A stretch of DNA of 64,000 bases from Candidatus Latescibacterota bacterium (GCA_965237675.1 OZ250150.1:2432001-2496000); one strand, 5' to 3'; counted from the stretch's first letter, positions 18,201 through 27,241 are shown. Numbers and translations are program-made. Notes: generated from the sequence alone by a model not told the origin.

Positions 18201-20482
18201 GCGCCCTCCTGTGGCTGCACGAGCAGGAGGTCATTCGCCTCAACAAGGGCCTCGCGGTATTCCGTCCGGCGATGACCATCAGGTTGGCCGAAGATAGACG
18301 AGGCTTCGCCAACGCCGACTTCGAACCACTGAAGCTCCACTACAAGGGGCAGGCGCTGCAGATCCACGTGATGGCCGAATTCGCGCAACAAGGCCTCAGG
18401 GATATGGCCGACGCCCTGCGGCTGGCACTTGATTACTTCAATCTCAAACAGCAGGATTTCCTACGTCAATGGCTACCGGATCGAGGCAAGGAAATCGAGC
18501 GGGAGACCACCCCCGAGTCCTGGCGAGCCATCGTCGAGAGCCTGAAGAATCCCGTCCAACAGCGCATTGTTGCTGATGATCGCGAGCAGACGAACGTCCT
18601 GGTGCTTGCCGGGCCCGGGTCCGGCAAGACGCGTGTTCTGGTGCATCGCATCGCCTACCTTATCCGCGCGAAACGGGAGAATCCCCGCGGCATTCTGGCG
18701 CTGGCTTATAACAGGCATGCCGCGGTCGAGATCCGGCGCCGTCTGACGGATTTGATTGGCGATGACGCTCGAGGGGTGACTGTTCTCACGTGTCACGCCC
18801 TGGCCATGCGTCTTGTCGGGGTGAGTTTTCAGGACCGGGAACGCCGGCCGCTGGACGACGATGGGTTTAGGGAGGTGCTGCGCCAGGCGACGGCGCTGCT
18901 GCGCGGCGAAGGGCTTGAGCCCGAGGAAGCAGACGATCAGCGGGAACGGCTTCTCAGGGGCTTCCGCTGGATCCTTGTGGACGAATACCAGGACATTGGA
19001 GCGGATCAATATGAACTGATATCGGCGCTGGCGGGACGAACCCTGGAGGATGAGGATCGAAGGCTGACCCTCTTCGCAGTTGGCGACGACGATCAGAACA
19101 TCTACGCCTTCAACGGTGCTTCGGTCGAGTTCATCCGGCGTTTCGAGGCGGATTACGGTCCGAAACCCAGCTACTTGGTTGACAATTACCGTTCCACTAA
19201 CCACGTTATCACGACCGCCAACGCGCTGATCAAGACGGCGCGGGAACGGTTGAAGACCGGACACCCCATCCGGATTGACCGTGCGCGTGCGAAAAATCCA
19301 GACGGTGGCGACTGGGAGACGCTGGACCCGGTCGCCCGAGGTCGGATCCAGATTTTGCCTGCCATGCCCGATCCGATTTCGCAGGCGCAGGTCGCGATGA
19401 CGGAGTTGCAGCGTCTCGCCGCACTCGTTCCGGATTGGGATTGGTCTACGTGTGCGGTGATCGCTCGCGAGTGGAAATACCTGGATCCGGCGCGCGCGTT
19501 CTGTGAAGTTAGCGGTATCCCGGCGCAAATGGCGAATGAGGTAATCCCGAGTTTCTGGCACCTGCGGGAGACCCGCGCATTCGTAGAATGGCTGAGGGGA
19601 CTGGATAACCGTCTTGTAGATGGCGCGGCTTTGGATGACTGGGTGGATACTCGTCCGCGAGGCCCGTGGATTGAACTGCTCCGGCAGGCGCTCGAGGAGC
19701 ACGCCCTGGAAACCGCAGGCGCGGAAGTGCCTGTGGACCACTTCATCGAGTGGCTGGCAGAGTGGGGGCGGGATGTACGGCGCCGCCAGCGCGGGCTATT
19801 GCTGTCGACCGCGCATCGGGCCAAGGGACTTGAGTTCGATCACATTGTGGTACTCGACGGAGGCTGGGACAGGGTTGACAGGGGCGAAGATCCGGACGCG
19901 CCGCGCAGGCTCTACTACGTGGCCATGACGCGCGCCAGGCAAACGCTCGCACTTGTCCGTTTTCAAGGATCGCGCCGGGCGGAAGGACTCGCACGTTCAG
20001 ATTTCGTTAGAGAGCCGGCACCCACGGCGTACGGGGAGCGACTCCGCTCGCTGCCCTACAAGTTTCCCGACAACGGCGCGATTTTGCACCGCGAGCCCGC
20101 TGCGATTCCAAACGACACAATCGAACTCAGCCGCCAATACCGGCGGCCGACACTGGGCGAGGTCAACCTGGGTTTCGGCGGGCGGCGAAACGCAAGTCAT
20201 CCTGTGCATCGCGCGATAGCCGCCCTGTCATCAGGCGATCAGCTGTGGACACGGATTACCGATACCGGAACCTGGGAATTGCTGGACCGGTCTGGGATGG
20301 TTGTTGGTCGTCTTGCGGGGGCGTTTGAACCGCCGCCTGAGACGAGGTGCACGGCGGCCACGGTTTACGCGGTCGTGACCTGGAGCCGCGTTGCATCGGA
20401 GCCGGAGTACCGCGAACACGCAAAATGCGATGTTTGGGAGGTTGTGGTGCCGGAACTCGTGTTCGAGCCTGAGAGCGCGTAG
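15203..20482 (+). CDS. RecQ-family helicase fused to an N-terminal DEDD exonuclease-like domain and a C-terminal UvrD-like helicase
   Basis: SIDLEV, GHN..FD, DPELDA (exonuclease); PTGTGKS, DEAH, HDFRPDY, QESGRAGRD (RecQ); AGPGSGKT, DEYQD, GDDDQNIY, NYRS, HRAKGLEF, YVAMTRAR (UvrD). Confidence 0.9.
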   Translation: MVASEQNNDAPVAPLSGLVSLGSSLPYRCVSIDLEVGKQDGRIRAFAAVRPDKDQPLTFNGGNLTSALKALDQYAHGAEFMLGHNLIAFDLPHLTAAKSDLRLLKLPALDTLKLNPLAFPRNPYHHLVKHYQDPQLKRGRINDPELDARLALNLFRDQWHALEAVGQNAPDLLVAWHWLTSSAGAGAGIDAFSGNEAAGFGAFFSVLRRSQRPSDAEARAAIGSLLKGNACQNHGQDVVQNSEQGAWPLAYALAWLSVSGGNSVMPPWVRHQFPEAGKLVRRLRDKSCGQSDCEWCRERHDPRKELKRWFGFDDFRPEPTDEKGRPMQQAIVVAAMAGEHVLGILPTGTGKSLCYQIPALSRYDKTGALTVVISPLVALMADQVVGLEARGIGSCVAINGLLSMPERADALDRVPLGDAAIILVSPEQLRSRSLRRVLDQREIGAWVLDEAHCLSRWGHDFRPDYRYIGRFIREKAGKGPIPPVLCLTATAKPDVVADIKQHFQDELGVELSVFDGGTRRTNLDFVVVQTTEPEKFAYIYQILIADLPPETPGGAIVYCATRRQTEEAAQFLQLKEVAAEHFHAGLPPETKKSVQQRFIGGELRVITATNAFGMGIDKSDVRLVIHADIPGSLENYMQESGRAGRDRKMARCVLLYTPEDVERQFGMSAYSRLSRREIHGVLRALRNLDRKKRFGGEVVATAGEILGEDDEKAFERDSATDDTRVRTAVSWLEESVLLTREENWVQVFPSSLRVSSVEEAGTRLAKREILDEYRRQLMKLVEALIDADPDEGISTDELMGVSGLSAEGVRGALYALERLGIASNDTALTAFVHVGVPRNSRKRFDEAMELETALIAHMREAAADLNKGDASTLHLRVAAQTLRNAGVVNPLPEFLWRILRSIAADGRGEGGDAGSLGVRRRDTETVRVELRREWSDLEELASRRRDGAKLLLDHLLSCLPPNSRGTDLLAETTLGKLLDAITSDIVLKSRVRNPEKLLDRALLWLHEQEVIRLNKGLAVFRPAMTIRLAEDRRGFANADFEPLKLHYKGQALQIHVMAEFAQQGLRDMADALRLALDYFNLKQQDFLRQWLPDRGKEIERETTPESWRAIVESLKNPVQQRIVADDREQTNVLVLAGPGSGKTRVLVHRIAYLIRAKRENPRGILALAYNRHAAVEIRRRLTDLIGDDARGVTVLTCHALAMRLVGVSFQDRERRPLDDDGFREVLRQATALLRGEGLEPEEADDQRERLLRGFRWILVDEYQDIGADQYELISALAGRTLEDEDRRLTLFAVGDDDQNIYAFNGASVEFIRRFEADYGPKPSYLVDNYRSTNHVITTANALIKTARERLKTGHPIRIDRARAKNPDGGDWETLDPVARGRIQILPAMPDPISQAQVAMTELQRLAALVPDWDWSTCAVIAREWKYLDPARAFCEVSGIPAQMANEVIPSFWHLRETRAFVEWLRGLDNRLVDGAALDDWVDTRPRGPWIELLRQALEEHALETAGAEVPVDHFIEWLAEWGRDVRRRQRGLLLSTAHRAKGLEFDHIVVLDGGWDRVDRGEDPDAPRRLYYVAMTRARQTLALVRFQGSRRAEGLARSDFVREPAPTAYGERLRSLPYKFPDNGAILHREPAAIPNDTIELSRQYRRPTLGEVNLGFGGRRNASHPVHRAIAALSSGDQLWTRITDTGTWELLDRSGMVVGRLAGAFEPPPETRCTAATVYAVVTWSRVASEPEYREHAKCDVWEVVVPELVFEPESA

Positions 20483-20705
20483 TCCCGTAAGGAAGCGGTG
20501 GCAGGTTCGCGGCTTTCCTGGCGCCGTGCGGCTAGGGCTAACGGGCTTCGACCGTCATCGCGAGTGGAACGCACGAGCAACGGCTGCGATCCGGAGGGAC
20601 GTGGAGAGGTTTCTTAGATGTACCCGTGGGAGTAGGGATAAACGGAAGGATGTCAAATCTGAAGGCTAGCCTGACAACACATCTGTCGAAGTCAGAAGCC
20701 GCACA

Positions 20706-21203
20706 TCAGTCGATTCTGGTTTCCTCACGACTTTCAATAGAATTTGGCGTCGAATGAGCGTCTCGTTTAATGACCACACACCCAGCCGTTATATCATGCA
20801 GCCCTTGTTTTTTCTTAGTAAATGCCACCATTATAAAGCCAATGAAAACCAACATCATTGAAAACAACTTAGTGAAGTTTCGTCCAATAGCTATTCCAAA
20901 TCCAATGCGGTTTCCCTGAAGGTCGGTGACCTTGATTCCGACGGCCAACTTACCCAGCGTCCCCTGTTTACCCGACGACTCGAACACAGAATAATAGATC
21001 CAGGCGATTGCGAGGTTGATCACAATCCAATATCCTTGCGCCTCTGCGTTTATGTCTGCCAGTTCTTCCGCCTCTACGGATATCGCTAACGGAATTAGAT
21101 AAAGGATTACATACAGGATTGCACAGATCGTCGAAATCACGGAGGTGACCAGACTATCGATCCATGCCGCCGCGAATCTCTTCCAGAACCCAGCATACAC
21201 CAC
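20706..21203 (-). CDS. RDD family membrane protein
   Basis: YAGFWKRFAA..ID, QGTLGK..VGIKV, KQGLHD..AG..V; lower GC than the flanks. Confidence 0.9.
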   Translation of the reverse strand: MVYAGFWKRFAAAWIDSLVTSVISTICAILYVILYLIPLAISVEAEELADINAEAQGYWIVINLAIAWIYYSVFESSGKQGTLGKLAVGIKVTDLQGNRIGFGIAIGRNFTKLFSMMLVFIGFIMVAFTKKKQGLHDITAGCVVIKRDAHSTPNSIESREETRID

Positions 21204-21283
21204 GCGAATTCCCCACGTTAGAAACGACGCACCCTTCGCCGCTCAGCGGGTGTTCACCTGCAGTAGAATCAGGGTTTTGCAGG

Positions 21284-21656
21284 TCATACGACGCCAGCAA
21301 TCATGCACTTAATCCGGTCGACCAGCCACCTCCAATCGGCGGCATCGTCACAATTCAACGTGCGCTCAGAGACGTCATCGGACATCGTGTTGAGGACATG
21401 CAATTCACCCAAACGGGTTTCGAGGTCCACATCAATGGTGATCTCGTTCGGATCGAGGCCCCAATCGGCCTGTACTCCCCCTGTCTCAGTCGGATAAAGG
21501 ATGCGGGAGGGATAATTCATCGGGGTAGTTGCACTCGAAGGTGTCGTGTAACCAATCAAGGCCGGCATTCGACGGCGCATTCCCTTCGCCGTCAAGCCAA
21601 CCGTCCTGCAGAAGGCGAAGATCATGGAGTTGTGCACCGAAGTGCAGAGGTTCCAT
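21284..21656 (-). pseudogene. Frameshifted hypothetical gene
   Basis: From ATG 21656: MEPLHFGAQLHDLRLLQDGWLDGEGNAPSNAGLDWLHDTFECNYPDELSLPH. After skipping one base at about 21499-21500 it continues LYPTETGGVQADW...IAGVV; the uncorrected frame stops at 21486. Confidence 0.7.
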
Positions 21657-21716
21657 AGACTTGCCCCGACTTTGTCGACACCCACTTTGACAGATTTGTT
21701 GTGAAAAAAGGTAGTG

Positions 21717-21812
21717 TTACTGATTTATATAGATGAACTCGAACCAGATCCCGTCCAGGTGTTGAAAGTCTGTATCCGTTGAAAGAAGCGTAGCTCCGCT
21801 CGCGTGAGCGGT
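21717..21812 (-). pseudogene. C-terminal remnant of a PIN-domain (VapC-like) toxin
   Basis: Manual translation TAHASGATLLSTDTDFQHLDGIWFEFIYINQ*, matching the PIN C-terminal pattern (A.A...L.T.D.DF..L); begins 5 bp after the upstream stop. Confidence 0.72.
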
Positions 21813-21816
21813 ATGT

Positions 21817-22758
21817 TCAATCGAGTTGGGCCAGGAGATGTTCGATCGGTTCATCTCCAGGCCAGGCCCCGGCAAGCTCAATAGGGTCGAACGCACTTAC
21901 TTCCTTCCGTGGAACAGGAAACAAGCCGTGCGAATCCTCAACCTCGACCGACGGCATTTCTTCGAAGACGTTATCTCCTCCCTGATGATCACTAATCCTG
22001 CGAGCCTCAATAAGTCGTGGCTGCCCGTTGACCTTGAAGTGCACAATTCCCTCGACGGTTGTGTGCTTACCCCACATAGGACGCAACGCCTCCACGTCCA
22101 ATGATGTCGTGTCTACGCGTCCAAAGAGCGCTGCCCTCTGTCCCACCACGAGGCGAAAGCGGCCGTTGCCGTGTTTGATCTCGTCGAGCCTTCCACTTAC
22201 GATAAACGATCGTGGTTCCGGGATGTCACTCAATCGATCTCTAACTCCCGTGCAAGTACTGTCGTCCAACGCAAAATGCCCATGCGCCCCGCCTTGAGGG
22301 ACCAATTCATAGCGCACACCGGCCACACCGGCCGCTTTTCCGAACTTGAGAATTGCCTCTAAAACAGAACTGTCGAAATAGTCTCCCGCGGGATTGTCCA
22401 ATTGAGTTTCGTTTACGGACTGAGCTACGAGGTCAAGCGCCGTCTCGTCCATGTTGGGCTGTTTTCTCCATAAATCTTCCTGGGCGAATTGCTCATGGGC
22501 AGTATCGCCAAGCCTTGGAGCCTCTAACTGAATAGTAGTCGATCCAGACTTCAATCCAGTTATCGTAAAGTCGATCGTAGAGCTCAGCCATTGGGGTCTC
22601 GCCCCTTTTCCGACGCCCACTCCGGTGGCGACCAGGCGGGTGGTCCGTTCTGCTGTAGTGAGAAGGGCGTCCATAACCCGCCGGAGGGTCGTCATCCTGA
22701 TTTGACCGTCGCCTACTCTTAGACCGCTTATTCGGAGTTGATAGCGTTCTGTCTTCAT
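21817..22758 (-). CDS. Hypothetical protein (313 aa), putative partner of the PIN toxin
   Basis: GGAGG RBS, long open frame, acidic antitoxin-like tail GAWPGDEPIEHLLAQLD. Confidence 0.8.
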   Translation of the reverse strand: MKTERYQLRISGLRVGDGQIRMTTLRRVMDALLTTAERTTRLVATGVGVGKGARPQWLSSTIDFTITGLKSGSTTIQLEAPRLGDTAHEQFAQEDLWRKQPNMDETALDLVAQSVNETQLDNPAGDYFDSSVLEAILKFGKAAGVAGVRYELVPQGGAHGHFALDDSTCTGVRDRLSDIPEPRSFIVSGRLDEIKHGNGRFRLVVGQRAALFGRVDTTSLDVEALRPMWGKHTTVEGIVHFKVNGQPRLIEARRISDHQGGDNVFEEMPSVEVEDSHGLFPVPRKEVSAFDPIELAGAWPGDEPIEHLLAQLD

Positions 22759-22857
22759 GACAAGGCCCTCCTTCCGGAACCGCTAAACTTCGGAGTATTT
22801 TAGATTTCCATCTTTCCTGTCTCCGCTGTCAACGTGACAGGCATGCCGAGTTTCATG

Positions 22858-22987
22858 TTCCTCCAACGAGACTACCCGCTCATTTGCCAACGCCGCGGCA
22901 TAGCAGGTGGCCGCCTGGACGACTTCGCGTGAAACCGACGGGGTAACTCTTCGAAATTTCTTCGGGATTCAGGCCCGACGCCAGACC
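22858..22987 (-). pseudogene. Degraded DUF433 antitoxin-like gene
   Basis: Manual translation GLASGLNPEEISKSYP /one extra base/ SVSREVVQAATCYAAALANERVVSL, resembling the DUF433 C-terminal half. Confidence 0.65.
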
Positions 22988-23062
22988 TCAGTACACCGAT
23001 CGCCGAACGACCCTACGGCTGGTGCGCTTGATGTTGGTTGGGACGGACCTGCACCAGCGCCC

Positions 23063-24361
23063 TTAATCCGCGGCGATTGTTTCCGGCGATTTGCGGCCGA
23101 AAGCCTCGATGGGAGGGAGGTTGCGGTCGGGGCCGAGTTCGAGTTGGCGGGGGCCAACCAGGATGTCCAGGTTGTCCCGCATTTCGGCCATGTCCAGGTA
23201 GGCGGTTGAGGCTTCGAATTCGCCGAGGTCCAGGGTATTCTTGATCCAGAGTACCCGGGCGTCGGACGCTTCGATGAGTCCGATGGATTCAAGCGCGACG
23301 TGGAGGACGTCCTCGTCGGTGGGAAAGTGCATGGGGGTGGCGGCCGCCGAGACGTGCTGACCGGTGATGGCGTTGACGTTCATTGCGTGATAGTCGATTT
23401 TCTCGACCAGGCGGTCGGTGGTGAATTCGGCCATGCCGATTCCCACGGCGTTGCCGTGGGTTTTCTCTGTGAGATCCCGCACAAAAATGCGCAGGACGCG
23501 CGGGGTATCTCCGTCCAGCGCCCTTCGCTCGTTGCGCTTGCGCCCCACGACGTTGGTATCGATGCCGGAGCCGCTGATGTCTTTGCCCATTTCGTCGATA
23601 ATGAGCAGGTCGACGTCGTCGAAGGGCAGGCGTGGGCACCAGGCCTTGGCTTTAACGAGAAGCTCCTTCTCAACGTCTTCGAAGTCAGGCGCAGGAACCG
23701 CGGCAATCTGCGCGGTCTCGTCGTAGCCGTTCTCGACCAGGGCAATTCCGAATGTGATCGGCATTTTTTCGCGGACCGTTTTCCCCACGACGCGTACAAT
23801 CTTGTCGAACGAGTGATGGATGATGGACCGGTGGTAGATCGTGGCGCCTCTGTGCTTGCCCAGGCCGATGAGCATCATTTTCATCAGGCCGCTTTCGATT
23901 TCACCGACGAAGCCGGTGTGGGGTTTGACGCGGTTGACAACGACCACGTGGTCGGCTTCCGAGGCGCATTTGTCGAAATAGACCGGCATTCCGAAATCGG
24001 TGACGCCTATTTCAACGACGTCCATAGAGGATCTGACCGGGGCGCCGACGGTTTCTTCTGTGATGCCGTACCCCGCCAGAATCTCCGCCTGGCCCTCGGC
24101 TGTGCCGCCGCCGTGGCTACCCATGGCCGGAACGATAAAAGGCCTGGCGCCCAGCGCGACCATCTCGTCCACAATCGTTGCAACGACCGTGTCGAGGTTG
24201 GCGATGCCCCGCGAGCCCGCCGCTATTGCCACGCTGTGCCCGGGTTTGATGGTTCCACCGGGGTTGAGTTTCCGGATTTCCCTCCGCGTGGTGCCGGGAA
24301 TATCGTCGACCCGAGGCGCGTCGAAGCGCTGGTGAATCCGAAACATGTGGGGGTATTGCAT
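23063..24361 (-). CDS. LarA/DUF2088-like (lactate racemase superfamily) protein
   Basis: AAGSRGIAN, VPAMGSHGG.TAEGQ, NRVKPHT, ESGLMKM..IGLGK, GKDISGSG.D.N. Confidence 0.75.
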   Translation of the reverse strand: MQYPHMFRIHQRFDAPRVDDIPGTTRREIRKLNPGGTIKPGHSVAIAAGSRGIANLDTVVATIVDEMVALGARPFIVPAMGSHGGGTAEGQAEILAGYGITEETVGAPVRSSMDVVEIGVTDFGMPVYFDKCASEADHVVVVNRVKPHTGFVGEIESGLMKMMLIGLGKHRGATIYHRSIIHHSFDKIVRVVGKTVREKMPITFGIALVENGYDETAQIAAVPAPDFEDVEKELLVKAKAWCPRLPFDDVDLLIIDEMGKDISGSGIDTNVVGRKRNERRALDGDTPRVLRIFVRDLTEKTHGNAVGIGMAEFTTDRLVEKIDYHAMNVNAITGQHVSAAATPMHFPTDEDVLHVALESIGLIEASDARVLWIKNTLDLGEFEASTAYLDMAEMRDNLDILVGPRQLELGPDRNLPPIEAFGRKSPETIAAD

Positions 24362-24448
24362 GTGGAGCCTCCGGTGTTAGCTGACGCAAGTCAGGAATTG
24401 GGTCCCGCGTTAATGCCGTAGCCGCTCGCGATCGGACGCGACGAAAAT

Positions 24449-25606
24449 TCACATGGCGGCTTCGTACAACGCAATGATGTCCTTGAGGGTGGTGTGGCGC
24501 GGGTTGATCTGGATATTACCGCTTTTCATCGCATCTTCCGCCAGGACGGAAATACCCTGGGGCATGACGCCGACTTCGGTAAGGGTTTCCGGTATGCCGA
24601 CTTCACCTGCCAGGACGTTCACGGCTTCCACGGCAACGTCCGCGGCTTCCATTGGTGAGAGGCCTTCGACGTTCTCTCCCATTGCGATGGCGATATCCGC
24701 GAAGCGCCCCGGGCATGCGACTTTGTTGAAATCCATGACCCGCGTGAGCAGGATGGCGTTGGCCACGCCGTGCGGAACCCCGTAGTGGCCGCCCACGGCA
24801 TGCGACATCGCGTGGACATTGCCAAGGCGCGTCTGCGAGAAGGCGATGCCCGCCATATTGCTGGCGAGCAACATCTGTTCGGTGGCCCCGTAATTGTGAT
24901 GGCTTGCCGCGGCCTGCCGAAGGTTCCGTGAGATGAGCCGGATGGCGTGCAGTGCGAGGCCGTCGGATATCGGGTTGGCGGCAAGGGCCACGTAGGATTC
25001 CACCGCGTGGGTGAGCGCGTCCATCCCTGTGGCGGCGGCGATAGGCATGGGCAGGGCGACGGCCGCATTGGCGTCGAGGATACCGACGTCGGGAATCACG
25101 TGGGGGCCGCCTACCGTGGCCTTGAAGAGGTTGTTGTCCGTGACGACGGCGAATGGGGTGACTTCGCTGGCGGTGCCGTAGGTCGTGGGCACGCAGAGAA
25201 GGAAGGGCACGCGTTTTCGATCACACAACAGGCCGAAGTGGTCTTCAATTCTGCCGCCGTTGGCGTGTAGTACCCCGGCACACTTGGCGGTGTCCATTGA
25301 AGAACCTCCGCCTATGGCAAGCAACCAGTCGCAGCTTTCGGCCTGGTAGAGGTCGAAACAGGCCTGAACAACGTGAACCGGGGGGTTTTCTTCCACCCCA
25401 TCGTAGACCACAAAAGGGATCCCGGCGGCGTCCAGGACACCGATGACCTGCTGCGCCACGTCGGCTCTGACGAGGCCCTTATCGGTGACGACGAGGGCCT
25501 TTTTCTCGGAGCGGTCGGACAAGAGTCGCGGAATTTCCGAAACGCTGCCACGACCGACAATAAGACGGGTGGGGGAATGGAAGGTAAAGCGGTTCGGATT
25601 CGTCAC
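24449..25606 (-). CDS. Iron-containing alcohol dehydrogenase
   Basis: GGGSSMDTAK, PTTYGTASE, MDALTHAVE, HAMSH, PHGVANA. Confidence 0.95.
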   Translation of the reverse strand: MTNPNRFTFHSPTRLIVGRGSVSEIPRLLSDRSEKKALVVTDKGLVRADVAQQVIGVLDAAGIPFVVYDGVEENPPVHVVQACFDLYQAESCDWLLAIGGGSSMDTAKCAGVLHANGGRIEDHFGLLCDRKRVPFLLCVPTTYGTASEVTPFAVVTDNNLFKATVGGPHVIPDVGILDANAAVALPMPIAAATGMDALTHAVESYVALAANPISDGLALHAIRLISRNLRQAAASHHNYGATEQMLLASNMAGIAFSQTRLGNVHAMSHAVGGHYGVPHGVANAILLTRVMDFNKVACPGRFADIAIAMGENVEGLSPMEAADVAVEAVNVLAGEVGIPETLTEVGVMPQGISVLAEDAMKSGNIQINPRHTTLKDIIALYEAAM

Positions 25607-25819
25607 GTTACGCGCTCCCTTAAGGACGGCAGAAGCAGGAATGTCGTTTCAATAATGTAGGGGTTGCGTCAAATGTGGACAAGCAGTTTCAGAAGACCAT
25701 CATCTTCGCGGCACCGTCGAAGCCGGTTACTACAGGGAAATCGCTCTCCGTCCATTTCCCGCTTAAACGTCAAGCATTGTCATTTTAAAGGATCTCGCAT
25801 GGTCCTATCGCGCGTACGG

Positions 25820-25999
25820 TGGTGTTGGGGGTTTTTCCGTGTTAATCCGTACTGCACTGTCGGTCGTGCTCTCCGGAGGGGATCGTAGGGCACCCTATTT
25901 CAATTTGTGCCCCCGAGGTGATTCACGGAAAAACCGGCCCCGCGCCGAGCGGCGCCCTTCTTTTTCGCCCTTTTTCTTGGGCGATGCAAGAAAAAGGGC
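25820..25999. repeat. Structured dispersed repeat, copy A
   Basis: GGGGGTTTTTCCGTG...ATTCACGGAAAAACCGGCCCCGCGCCGAGCGGCGC..TTCTTTTT.GCCCTTTTTCTTG..CAAGAAAAAGGGC; homologous to 56718 and 60083. Confidence 0.85.
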
Positions 26000-26059
26000 A
26001 AGGGAATAGGGGACGTTAAGGGGTGGTGGAGCTGCTATCTCAAGGGTTAAGAAACGCGG

Positions 26060-26150
26060 GTGCCTCGACATTTTAACAAGCTCAACACAGGCACGTAGCG
26101 AAACGAAATGAAACGGAGGAAGAATGGTGGATTTTTTCCGGGACAAGACG
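26060..26150. repeat. Degenerate composite of an ACAAGCTCA REP-like unit and the right half of the 112-bp inner element
   Basis: ACGTAGCGAAACGAAATGAAACGGAGGAAGAATGGTGGATTTTTTCCGGGACAAGAC aligns with 61447-61507 and 45782-45842. Confidence 0.6.
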
Positions 26151-26161
26151 ATCGACCCGTG

Positions 26162-27175
26162 TCAGAAAATCCTGCCGATTTCGTCCCGGTCGAATGCGGG
26201 GAGCTCGCCGAAGCGGTCGTCTTCGCGTAGGCTGAGTCCGAATTCAGGTGATTCCACACGGCCGATGATCTCGCAGGCGATCCCCGCGGTTCGGATGGCA
26301 TTGCGAACCTGTTCGGCATCTTCCGGCGCCAGGCCGATCAGCAGCGCGCCGGAGGAGATGATGCCCAGTGGGTCGAGTCGAAAAGCGTCGCAGAGAAGTC
26401 GCGTTTCATCGGAGGCGAACAGGGCCGCCGCGTTCACGGAAAGCCCGCAGTTCGACGCGGCAGCCAGTTCTCGCAGCGCGGTGGCCACGCCACCTTCGGT
26501 GGGATCGTGCATGGCGTGGATGCGTGCGGTCTCGCAGGCGATGCGAGCCTCTTTGAGGATACTGATGCCCGGATCGTGCAGGTAGTCACAGGCGCTCCTG
26601 AGTAGATGGGCATCGAATCCCCGGTCGCGGAGTTCGCCTGCTTTCTCCCTGGCGAGGATGGCGGTGGCTTCGATACCCAGCCCCTTGGTCATCAGGAGGC
26701 GGTCGCCTTCTTGCAGGCCGCTGGAGCGGACAAGGTCCTCCCTGGAAACTTCGCCGAGCATCTGTCCGACGACGATGGGCCGGTCCAGGCCCGTCGTTAT
26801 CTCGGTGTGGCCCCCGCAGATCGTGACGCCGATTTCGTCAGCGGCGGTGCGGAGTGAATGAAAGATTGACCGAACGAGCACGTCGTCGGATCGGCATTCC
26901 GGCAGAAGCAGCGTGGCCAGGAACCAGCGTGGTACCGCGCCCATCGTGGCGATGTCGTTTGCGTTAACGTGGACCGCGTAGTGGCCGATTTCGTCCGTCG
27001 CGAAAGTTATCGGGTCCGTCTTGACCACCAGGCAGGTCTGCCCGAAGTCGATGACCGCGGCGTCCTCGCCCACCTGCGGGCCCACGAGAACGCGTCCGTC
27101 CTCGGCCTTGCATTCGCGCAGCAGACCGGAAAGCATGTCGAGCGGGAGTTTGCCAGGCGGCAGAATTGGACCCAT
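26162..27175 (-). CDS. AIR synthase-related (PurM/HypE/ThiL superfamily) protein
   Basis: GKLP, GEDAAVID, KTDPIT, VNANDIATMGA, GGHTE, MHDPTEGG. Confidence 0.9.
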   Translation of the reverse strand: MGPILPPGKLPLDMLSGLLRECKAEDGRVLVGPQVGEDAAVIDFGQTCLVVKTDPITFATDEIGHYAVHVNANDIATMGAVPRWFLATLLLPECRSDDVLVRSIFHSLRTAADEIGVTICGGHTEITTGLDRPIVVGQMLGEVSREDLVRSSGLQEGDRLLMTKGLGIEATAILAREKAGELRDRGFDAHLLRSACDYLHDPGISILKEARIACETARIHAMHDPTEGGVATALRELAAASNCGLSVNAAALFASDETRLLCDAFRLDPLGIISSGALLIGLAPEDAEQVRNAIRTAGIACEIIGRVESPEFGLSLREDDRFGELPAFDRDEIGRIF

Positions 27176-27241
27176 AGTGAACGCAAATGGAGAGGTGAAA
27201 CGCAGAAAGTGACATTTGGACTTGCGTCGCCCGCGGGATTT

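Noticed and set aside
20480-21290. Integron attC sites around the low-GC RDD gene (also considered at 60350-63470)
   Set aside because: Only isolated TAAC/GTTA boxes; no convincing paired R/L arms and no integrase.
25895-26146. Small ORFs containing RRSAR.RFFRE (also 56752-56985 and 60114-60438)
   Set aside because: They are translations of the structured repeat with inconsistent starts, lengths and frames, so conservation is better explained at the nucleotide level.
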